DNA of 33,130 bases from an uncultured Bacteriovoracaceae bacterium. GTDB taxonomy: Bacteria > Desulfobacterota > Desulfomonilia > UBA1062. The first letter of the stretch is position 1, and each line of letters opens with the position of its first letter. The position numbers and the translations under genes are program-made. The notes under the pieces were generated by a model, which saw nothing but the letters and a program-made list of their open reading frames with translations, was not told the DNA's origin and did not search any database. The stretch spans positions 1 to 33,130 of the forward strand of contig CAYWBU010000003.1 of the NCBI GenBank assembly GCA_964456565.1, read 5' to 3'. Of this stretch, positions 26,359 through 33,130 are shown one piece after another.

Positions 26359-26619
26359 ATGGAAAATGATTCCTGGATAAGTCTCATTATTCTGTTTGCA
26401 ATATTTTTTGTGCTGCCCTCTCTGCTCAAGATGCTGGGACAGTTTACACTCAACAATAGGGGAGATCATCCTGCAGCTGATGATGATCACATGGCCATGG
26501 ATGACAATATGACTGGAGAAAATCGGGCTGACCAACGGTTTGATCAGGCAGGGGACGACATGTCCTTTGACGGAAAGCCGAGTGTCTCCAGTAAGCCGAT
26601 AAGACCCCGATGGTTCTAG
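26359..26619 (+). CDS. Small membrane-anchored protein with an acidic C-terminal tail; function unknown.
   Basis: The 86-aa protein has one N-terminal TM helix (WISLIILFAIFFVLPSLLKML). A Asp-rich tail follows (AADDDHMAMDDNM..DQAGDDMSFD), ending in RPRWF. No Shine-Dalgarno is visible. It overlaps the next ORF by 10 nt. Confidence 0.45.
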   Translation: MENDSWISLIILFAIFFVLPSLLKMLGQFTLNNRGDHPAADDDHMAMDDNMTGENRADQRFDQAGDDMSFDGKPSVSSKPIRPRWF

Positions 26620-27272
26620 ATAATCGCGGTAATCCCGGCCTGCGGTTTATCTTCGGAATTTTCCTCATCGCCGTCTGTATCTATGGCTTCTACCTTGGAC
26701 TGGCCTACAGAAATACGCCGGCATTGTTTGTGACGCCGGTCCGACTGGAGGTGCAGGCCTATGATGGGCAGTCGGTGAACCTCGGTGATTTTACGCTGCA
26801 GCTTCCATCATCGGCGCGCTATGAGGAACTGCCGGATGGAATCTATTTTTATTCCTATCCGTTGCGGATCAGGGGCAATGTCCGGATTCTGGATGAACTG
26901 CCGGAAGAGGAGGCCTGGCGCCGGGAATTGCAGGGGCCTTTCAGCGCCATGTTTCTTGGTGATGTGAAGGACCTGGATATTTTTTCACTGATTGTCAAAG
27001 TGTTGCGGCATAAATATAATCCGACGCTCATGGGGCATAAGGCGGCGGTGCTGCCGTCCTGGATGGTGGGGTCCAGCGAGGCGCTGCTCCATGTTGATGG
27101 AGACCGCCATCTTCTGCTGTTTCATATCCCGCAACGCTTCAGCGGTGTAGTTTTTGTGGACGGCAAGGCTGTCGCGGTGAATGTTGAGGGCCACATGACC
27201 CCGCAGGAAGCAGCCTTTCTCCTGGCATCGGTGATGCCGGCGGAAGATCAGGCTCTATCTCCCCACAATTGA
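26610..27272 (+). CDS. N-terminally anchored protein of unknown function.
   Basis: The 220-aa protein has one TM helix (LRFIFGIFLIAVCIYGFYLGLAY) followed by ordinary globular-looking composition. It is coupled to the preceding small ORF. I recognised no motif. Confidence 0.5.
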   Translation: MVLDNRGNPGLRFIFGIFLIAVCIYGFYLGLAYRNTPALFVTPVRLEVQAYDGQSVNLGDFTLQLPSSARYEELPDGIYFYSYPLRIRGNVRILDELPEEEAWRRELQGPFSAMFLGDVKDLDIFSLIVKVLRHKYNPTLMGHKAAVLPSWMVGSSEALLHVDGDRHLLLFHIPQRFSGVVFVDGKAVAVNVEGHMTPQEAAFLLASVMPAEDQALSPHN

Positions 27273-27635
27273 GTCGATAACTTCCTTGAGCTCCTTCAGA
27301 TGAAACGGTTTGGCCACAAAAGCCTTGGCGCCTTTATCGAAGGCCATTTTCCTGGCTTCATCCACACTGAACCCGGTGATCAACACCACCGGCAGATCCG
27401 GATATTTCTCACAGATTTCGGCGGTGAGCTGGTAGCCGTCCATCCGCGGCATGTGAATGTCGGTGACCACAATGTCCATTGTCTCGGTGTCGATGATCTC
27501 CAGGGCTTCGACCCCGTCACCGGCCTTGAAAACTCTGTAATCAAACATCCCCAGAAAGTCTGAGATGACATTTGTCAGGTCATCCGAGTCGTCAACAATC
27601 AATACATTTTGTTTTTTAGTCGCTGTCTGTTCCAT
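27255..27635 (-). CDS. Single-domain CheY-like response regulator.
   Basis: It has a complete REC signature: VLIVDDSDD, VVTDIHMPRMDG, LITGF and VAKPF. Confidence 0.85.
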   Translation of the reverse strand: MEQTATKKQNVLIVDDSDDLTNVISDFLGMFDYRVFKAGDGVEALEIIDTETMDIVVTDIHMPRMDGYQLTAEICEKYPDLPVVLITGFSVDEARKMAFDKGAKAFVAKPFHLKELKEVIDSIVGR

Positions 27636-28290
27636 TGTTCAAATCAATCATTTCGTAGTTGCTCAGGGAAGTATATTTCTTGGTGCCGGCATCGCTTAGT
27701 TTTGCAAGTTTCTGCATTACAGCCCTGACTTTGAAGATCTGATCCTCCATAATTTTTAAATTCTGTTGAATATTTTCATTTTTTTCCAGCTCAGGTGTCA
27801 GCTGAAGAATTTCGATATTACCCAGGATTATGTTTAAGGGAGTATTGATCTGGTCTGAAAGAGTGACCGATGTTTTCGATATGGCGTTGGCTTCCTGCTG
27901 GCGTTTCTGCTTGGCCCCATATTGCTGCATCTCCAGCGCCCGGCCGATGCGCAGAACCAGTTCATCTTCATCGCAGGGCTTCAGTAGATAGTCATAGACC
28001 CCCAGTCTGAGAGCCTGGACCGCAGTCTTGATGGATCCGTAGCCGGTGATGACAATGACCATGGTGCGCGGGGAGATGACTTTTATATTTTCGAGGAGCT
28101 CAAGCCCGTCCATGCCTTCCATCAGCAGATCGGTCAATACAAGGTTGAAGGAGTCTTCATAGAGTTTTTTCAGGGCATCCTCGGCAGATGAGACGCCTGC
28201 AACTTCGTATCCGTGTGATGTGAGGATGTTTACCAGTGAATACCTTACAATCTCTTCATCATCGACTACGAGAATTCTCTGCTTGGTCAC
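27616..28290 (-). CDS. Response regulator: a receiver domain fused to a DHp (HisKA)-like helical domain that lacks the phospho-accepting His and has no ATPase domain.
   Basis: The REC has VVDDEE, VLTDLLMEGMDG, ITGYGS and LLKPC. The tail TLSDQINTPLNIILGNIEIL aligns with the AHELNNPLtaIlGyaELL H-box, placing Asp146 (codon 27853..27855) at the His position. The GTG start forms a GTGA overlap with the kinase stop. Confidence 0.75.
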   Translation of the reverse strand: MTKQRILVVDDEEIVRYSLVNILTSHGYEVAGVSSAEDALKKLYEDSFNLVLTDLLMEGMDGLELLENIKVISPRTMVIVITGYGSIKTAVQALRLGVYDYLLKPCDEDELVLRIGRALEMQQYGAKQKRQQEANAISKTSVTLSDQINTPLNIILGNIEILQLTPELEKNENIQQNLKIMEDQIFKVRAVMQKLAKLSDAGTKKYTSLSNYEMIDLNNGTDSD

Positions 28291-30395
28291 TGTGAACCCC
28301 CTTGTTTGCCGGTTTCTATGCGTTGTTCAATGATGGAAAGGAGTTCCTTGATCCGGAAGGGCTTTCTGATAAATTGGGATTGGGTTTCCTCCAGAAATTT
28401 CTTCACCTGGAGATCGTAGGTGTCTCCGGTTGTGAACAGGAATCTGTCTTTGAGGCTCGGGTCGAGCCTGGTGGCCTCTCTGAAAAATTCCATACCGTCG
28501 ATTTCCGGCATCCGCAGGTCGGAGATGATGAGCTGCCAGTTTTCGGAGGCAACATTGTCGAGGGCCTCCCGGCCATTGGTGTAGCAGAGAACCTTGTAAT
28601 GCGGTTCGAGGGCATCGAGCATCAGTTCGCGCAGATCTTTTTCATCTTCCACGATCATTATGAGGGCATTGTGGTCCTGGTGATGCGGCTGGGTTTTTTC
28701 AGGCGCGGGCGGCTGCGGCTGATGTGCCGGGGCGCCGCAGATGATCGCCGGGATCTTCAGTGTAATTCGAGCCCCCGGGGATGAATTCTCAATGGAGATG
28801 TCTCCCATGTGATCGGATATGATCCCGTAACAGATGCTCAAGCCCAGGCCGGTTCCTTTGTCCACCGATTTGGTTGTGAAAAAAGGATCGAAGACCTTGG
28901 GGATGAGTTCGTCCGGGATGCCGGGGCCGGAATCCTGGACGCTAAGCGCGGCGAAATCGCCCTCACTGAAAGATGTTATGGTGATGTCGCCGGCATCTCC
29001 GATGGCATCAATCGCATTGTTGATCAGGTTTACGATTACCTGTTCCATGCAGTTCATGTCGGCCTGAACCATCAGGGGGTGTGCGGCTCGGCTGTGGTCT
29101 ATGTTTATGGCGCGTTTGCGGATGGTGGGGCCGTAGAGGCTGATGGCCCGGTCAACAACCTCGCGCAGGTCAAAGCTGGATCTTTCCGGGGGGACATTCC
29201 TGGAAAAGGTCAGCAGCGACTCGATGATGTTTTTGGCGGAATCGGCGGCACTGATGATGACTTCAAACCGGTCGTTATCTTTTTCTGATAGCCTGCTCTT
29301 GTCGATCAGGTCGGCAAAGCCGATGATGGGGGTCAGTTTGTTGTTGAGCTCATGGGCAATCCCGGATGTGAGCATGCCCAGGGAGGCCAGTTTTTCGGTC
29401 TGCATGTTGCGCTGTTCCATGCGCTTCTTGATGGTGATATCGCGGATGATGATGAGAAACTCGTTTTCAAGGATGTTCTTTATGTAGAACTGTCCGGTTA
29501 TATTTTTTTTGCTGCCGATGGACAGGTTGCAGTCAAATTCGCAGGATTCATCTTTGGCCAGAAGTTCCATATGTTTGGTGATCACCGAGTTGGCGGCGTC
29601 GCAGAAGACGTCTCCCAGGTTTCGGGGCGGTTTGCCGACGGTTTCATGAAAGGCCTGGTTGTAGAACTTTATGTGTTGTCCCTCGGCGATCAGGATCATT
29701 TCATCGGAGGCATCCACCACTGATTTGTAGCTGGCGGTAATAGTCTTGAGATGGGAGTCTTTTTCTTCCAGGGACTGTTCAAGCCCCACATACTCCTTCT
29801 TGAATACCTCATAGATGCCGATGATGGTCATCATCTGTCCCACCAGAAGCCCCAGGAGTTCAAACATTCGCACGTCGTGGACATTGAAAAAGTCCGCCTG
29901 GGAGTGTGACAGGTTGAGGACCCCCACGGTCTGGTCGGCTTCCTTGATGGGGACGCACAGCATGGAGCCGATTCTTACGCAGGTGTCGGACCGGTCTTCG
30001 AAGAAATCACAGCTGGAGGTGTCCGATACCAGGATGAATTCCCCCTGGGCGGCACACCGTCCGGCCACGCCCTCGCCGAGCTCCAGGCTGAGGCTCTTGT
30101 TGGAGCGGCCGGAATGCGCTCCGGATGCGGCTTTGAGCTCCAACCGGTTATTGCTGATGACAAAGACCGAGGCATTTTCACAACGCGATTCCTCAAGCAG
30201 AACATTCACCAGATAGGTGTAGAAATCATCCTCGGGTGAACCCTTTCTGACATATTCGGAAAGTTTGAATATGCCCGAGAGGACGCCGATGGTGTCCTCA
30301 TAGAACCCCGAAGCCTGATTAAGCAGGTTCAATAGTATGGCTTCACGCCGATTATATTCCTCGGCGGTGGCCTCCAAATCTGTAATTTGATCCAT
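28287..30395 (-). CDS. GAF-PAS hybrid sensor histidine kinase (GAF, PAS, HisKA, HATPase_c, REC).
   Basis: The GAF-like region is GEGVAGRCAAQGEFILVSD..LCVPIK. The H-box is GIAHELNNKLTPIIGF. It also has NLINNAIDA, DSGPGIP and GTGLGLSI. The C-terminal REC has MIVEDEKD..IISDLRMPEIDG..IRKPF. I prefer the ATG at 30395, which has GGAGAAAG upstream, over the tracked TTG at 30485, which lies inside the HDOD gene. Confidence 0.85.
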   Translation of the reverse strand: MDQITDLEATAEEYNRREAILLNLLNQASGFYEDTIGVLSGIFKLSEYVRKGSPEDDFYTYLVNVLLEESRCENASVFVISNNRLELKAASGAHSGRSNKSLSLELGEGVAGRCAAQGEFILVSDTSSCDFFEDRSDTCVRIGSMLCVPIKEADQTVGVLNLSHSQADFFNVHDVRMFELLGLLVGQMMTIIGIYEVFKKEYVGLEQSLEEKDSHLKTITASYKSVVDASDEMILIAEGQHIKFYNQAFHETVGKPPRNLGDVFCDAANSVITKHMELLAKDESCEFDCNLSIGSKKNITGQFYIKNILENEFLIIIRDITIKKRMEQRNMQTEKLASLGMLTSGIAHELNNKLTPIIGFADLIDKSRLSEKDNDRFEVIISAADSAKNIIESLLTFSRNVPPERSSFDLREVVDRAISLYGPTIRKRAINIDHSRAAHPLMVQADMNCMEQVIVNLINNAIDAIGDAGDITITSFSEGDFAALSVQDSGPGIPDELIPKVFDPFFTTKSVDKGTGLGLSICYGIISDHMGDISIENSSPGARITLKIPAIICGAPAHQPQPPAPEKTQPHHQDHNALIMIVEDEKDLRELMLDALEPHYKVLCYTNGREALDNVASENWQLIISDLRMPEIDGMEFFREATRLDPSLKDRFLFTTGDTYDLQVKKFLEETQSQFIRKPFRIKELLSIIEQRIETGKQGGSQ

Positions 30396-30414
30396 TAAAC
30401 TTTCTCCGTATCCC

Positions 30415-31218
30415 CTAAACCAGATTGGCCACGCTTTCTCTGATGTGGCTGTAAATCTCGATTGCACGGTTCCTGGTTTCCTCAAAATCGGCGTCGATCA
30501 TTTTGCTCAGACCGGCCGGGCTGTGCTCTTCGTAGGGGATGCCTTTTTCCTCCTGATAAACTGTGTTGCTGATAACATATGTAAGGGCCGAGAGCCTGTC
30601 GTTCGGGACATGATGATTTTTTATGATGGCGATGACCTCGGGCGGGAAATGCCATTTTTCGGCAACGGTTGTGCCGATCCTGGTATGGTCCATTGAAAAG
30701 GTTTCCTCTTCTTCGTTCAGGTCGGGCCAGGATCCGTCCTCTTTTATCATCGGGATGTAGGTGTCGGGAACCTTTGATATCAGGACCATGCGGCCGAGGT
30801 CATGCAACAGTCCGCCGGTGAAAAGCCACTCCTTTTCATTGCGGGTGCGGCCGAATTCAAAGGCGATCAGGGCCACTGCATATGAATGGTGCCACAGTTT
30901 CTCGGCGACTTTGGCCGCCGAACCGAAGGTCTCCATGACCGATATGGAAAGGGTTATGCACTTTACCATGTCAAAGCCGATTGTCAGGATGGCGTCATGG
31001 ATGCCCACCGACTGTTTGGAATGCCTGTAGAAGGAAGAATTGGCCAGTTTGATGACCTTGGCCGCCATGGCCGGATCGCTGGCGATTATATATTCGATGT
31101 CCTTTATGGATGCGTTCTGGTCTTCCAGTACGGAGAACAAACGGGTCTTGTTGGCTGATATTGTTGGGATACTTTCAATATCTTTCTCTATTGATATGCA
31201 CGTGTAGCCTGATTTCAT
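30415..31218 (-). CDS. HDOD-domain signalling protein.
   Basis: It has the HDOD hallmarks IIASDPAMAAKVIKLANSSFY, LWHHSYAVA and GLLHDLGRMVL. Confidence 0.8.
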   Translation of the reverse strand: MKSGYTCISIEKDIESIPTISANKTRLFSVLEDQNASIKDIEYIIASDPAMAAKVIKLANSSFYRHSKQSVGIHDAILTIGFDMVKCITLSISVMETFGSAAKVAEKLWHHSYAVALIAFEFGRTRNEKEWLFTGGLLHDLGRMVLISKVPDTYIPMIKEDGSWPDLNEEEETFSMDHTRIGTTVAEKWHFPPEVIAIIKNHHVPNDRLSALTYVISNTVYQEEKGIPYEEHSPAGLSKMIDADFEETRNRAIEIYSHIRESVANLV

Positions 31219-31519
31219 GGTTTGTTTAACGGAAAAAAGACGGCATTACTTTAGGGGTTTTTAAAATAAAACCTTAATATTATAAAAGGTTGTCCGGTGT
31301 GAAAAACAACGGCCCGAATGATGTTTACGGGAGGGCCCGGGGCTTTAATTTAGGTAAATCGCCAGGTTCGGGGGATAAAACGACGGGTATAATCAAAAAA
31401 TGTCCACAATATTGCTGTAAATGTAACAATAAAAAAATAAAACAATCATTTTAAGAAAGAACGCTTGAGTTTTTTTGCTAGAAAATTTATATCAGGCCCA
31501 TGAAGGGAGGTCTCAGGCC

Positions 31520-32728
31520 ATGAACAAGATCAAACATGTTGGAATAATTTTTTCCGGGGGGCCGGCCCCGGCCGCCAATGCTGTCATCGCGGCAGCCGCC
31601 AGTGCCTTTATGCGGAAAGGCATAAAGGTTACCGGTTTTCTGCGCGGCTATCAGAATCTTGAGCACTACTCGGGAAAAGGCTCACTCAAAGAGGGTGAGC
31701 ACTACATAAATCTTGACAGACAGTGTGTGGGGGATATCCGCAATACCCAGGGGATCATAATTCATAATTCGCGGGCCAATCCGGGTAAGGCCATCAGCTG
31801 CTGGGAAGACCTCAAAGATCCTGAAAAAAACAATAAGCTTGTCAATATATTCCAAAATTTTGATGATATGGAGATTGATGCCCTGATTTCAATCGGTGGT
31901 GATGACACCCTCAAGACCGCCAACTATGTTTACCGTATCCAGCAGGCAGTTCCGGGCTTGCGTCCGGTCAAGGTTGTGCATGTCCCCAAGACCATCGACA
32001 ATGACTATCACGGTATTGACTGGACCTTCGGTTTCTTCTCGGCGGCCGAATATGCGGGTTCGAGCATCCGGAATCTGCTGGCCGACAGCTTCACTTCGGG
32101 CAACTGGTTTGTGGTGGAGATCATGGGACGCAAGGCCGGTTGGCTGACTTATGCCGCCGGGATCATGGGTGAGGCAACCAGGATGATCTCCATTGAGGAC
32201 ATCGAATCCGACACGGTTGACTTGGATGAATTGGCCGCTGAAATCTCCGATCTTGTGATTGCCCGTAAAAAGGCCGGCCTCAATTACGGTGTGATCTGTG
32301 TGGCCGAAGGTGTGGCCGACAAGCTGCCGGATGAGCTCAAGGGCAACGAGGTTGACAATCACGGTAATGTGGTGCTGACCAATGTGGGGATCAGCAAGAT
32401 GCTGGCCGATGCGGCCAGCCGGGTGCACAAAGAACGGACCGGGGAAAAGTTCAAGTTTATTCCGCAGCAGATCGGCTATGAAACCCGCTGTGCCAAGCCT
32501 TCGGGATTTGACGTGATTCTCAGCAGCCAGCTGGGAGTGGGCGCCTGCCGGGCCATGACCGAGGAGGGCCTGAGTGGGGTCATGATCAGCATCGGAGAGC
32601 AGATGAGCCTGAAATATGTTGACTTTGCCTCACTGATTGATGAGCAGACCGGGCTTACAAGGCTGAAGTTTATCGAGAAGGACAGCGATTTCCAGGTCCT
32701 TGCGCGTATCCTGGAATATAATCCGTGA
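31520..32728 (+). CDS. pfp: 6-phosphofructokinase, predicted to be pyrophosphate-dependent.
   Basis: It has PFK motifs GIIFSGGPAPAAN, SIGGDDTLKTA, PKTIDND and MGRKAGW. The Asp in GGDD and the Lys in PKTIDND are the two residues associated with PPi rather than ATP use (established knowledge, recalled). GAAGGGAGG precedes the ATG at 31520. Confidence 0.8.
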   Translation: MNKIKHVGIIFSGGPAPAANAVIAAAASAFMRKGIKVTGFLRGYQNLEHYSGKGSLKEGEHYINLDRQCVGDIRNTQGIIIHNSRANPGKAISCWEDLKDPEKNNKLVNIFQNFDDMEIDALISIGGDDTLKTANYVYRIQQAVPGLRPVKVVHVPKTIDNDYHGIDWTFGFFSAAEYAGSSIRNLLADSFTSGNWFVVEIMGRKAGWLTYAAGIMGEATRMISIEDIESDTVDLDELAAEISDLVIARKKAGLNYGVICVAEGVADKLPDELKGNEVDNHGNVVLTNVGISKMLADAASRVHKERTGEKFKFIPQQIGYETRCAKPSGFDVILSSQLGVGACRAMTEEGLSGVMISIGEQMSLKYVDFASLIDEQTGLTRLKFIEKDSDFQVLARILEYNP

Positions 32729-32731
32729 AAG

Positions 32732-32756
32732 AGGGGGCTGCGGCCTCCTTTTTATT
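32732..32756. terminator. Shared stem-loop between the convergent pfp and the 109-aa gene; a candidate bidirectional terminator.
   Basis: It reads AGGGGGC-TGCG-GCCTCCT (7 bp including one G-U) followed by TTTTATT on the plus strand. It overlaps the stop of the minus-strand gene. Confidence 0.5.
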
Positions 32757-33081
32757 CGAGGGACTCGATTTCCCTGACCGAGGATGATACCACATAGATC
32801 CTGATATTGTTGCTCTGGGGGTCGGCCGGGAAGAGGAAGAATCCCTGGCGGTCCAGATCATACCCCGGCGAGGTGCCCATGACGACTTCGCCGTCGGAAA
32901 AAATTACCTTGATCTTGGCGCCGTAAGGCGTCTGGCCGGGGATAAATTCATAGCTTTCGTTATAATCCGGGTTGCCATCGAAGGTCTTGACAAAGAAAAT
33001 CGCCTTGAGGGATCTGATCTTGACGTCAATGATCTTGTCCATGCCACCACTCTTATGTTGGACTTGGACTTTTCTATTCAT
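32752..33081 (-). CDS. Small hypothetical protein (109 aa), predicted beta-rich.
   Basis: The ORF has ordinary amino-acid composition (..LKAIFFVKTFDGNPDY..GFFLFPADPQSNNIRIYVV..). I recognised no catalytic motif. The start is uncertain (ATG at 33081 or Met14). Confidence 0.5.
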   Translation of the reverse strand: MNRKVQVQHKSGGMDKIIDVKIRSLKAIFFVKTFDGNPDYNESYEFIPGQTPYGAKIKVIFSDGEVVMGTSPGYDLDRQGFFLFPADPQSNNIRIYVVSSSVREIESLE

Positions 33082-33130
33082 TAAAATCTTATATCCTGCT
33101 TGATAGACTCGAACCCAGTAGTCAGCATCA

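Noticed and set aside
31219-31519. A small RNA or riboswitch in the 300-bp AT-rich spacer between the HDOD operon and pfp.
   Set aside because: I saw only weak features: a 6-bp inverted repeat AACCTT..AAGGTT, and isolated TATAAT hexamers at about 31387 (plus strand) and about 31290 (minus strand) without convincing -35 partners. Nothing matches a riboswitch class I know. It is most simply a divergent promoter region.

Overview
This is a chromosomal, housekeeping-type segment that is moderately GC-rich (judged by eye, not computed). All calls come from reading the sequence and recalling motifs; no database search was run. The gene content is many multi-PAS hybrid histidine kinases, an HDOD protein, a PilZ protein, a Thi4-type thiazole synthase and a PPi-type phosphofructokinase. 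This content suggests an anaerobic deltaproteobacterium (Desulfobacterota-like), which is inference only.

Layout from left to right:
- Two translationally coupled polytopic membrane proteins lie on the minus strand; one carries a (GACAGG)5 microsatellite.
- tRNA-Arg(CCG) abuts a tightly packed plus-strand six-gene cluster: rlmN, an APH-like kinase, a PHP phosphoesterase, a P-loop kinase, a TPR lipoprotein and a PilZ protein.
- A minus-strand block follows: SAM-methyltransferase-like gene, enoyl-CoA hydratase, EndoIII-like gene and mnmG. An Ala/Gly:cation symporter sits upstream of this block.
- Next on the plus strand are xseA, xseB, an aminotransferase and engB.
- A PAS hybrid kinase follows on the minus strand.
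- A TPP-riboswitch-controlled thi4-thiE-thiC operon follows on the minus strand.
- A 1352-aa multi-PAS, dual-REC, HPt kinase follows on the minus strand.
- Two coupled genes of unknown function lie on the plus strand.
- A four-gene signalling operon lies on the minus strand: HDOD, GAF/PAS hybrid kinase, a REC protein with a His-less DHp-like tail, and a CheY-like protein.
- A PPi-type phosphofructokinase and one small orphan gene close the window.

I saw no rRNA, CRISPR array, transposase, integrase or phage gene.

The observations most worth a second look are:
- an in-frame TAA that truncates mnmG, with conserved codons continuing after it;
- a split COG2187-type kinase pair flanking a PHP phosphoesterase;
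- a response regulator whose DHp-like domain has Asp at the phospho-His position;
- an in-frame hexanucleotide microsatellite in a membrane protein;
- rlmN starting 9 nt after a tRNA.

I cannot point to a clear-cut novel multi-gene system with confidence.
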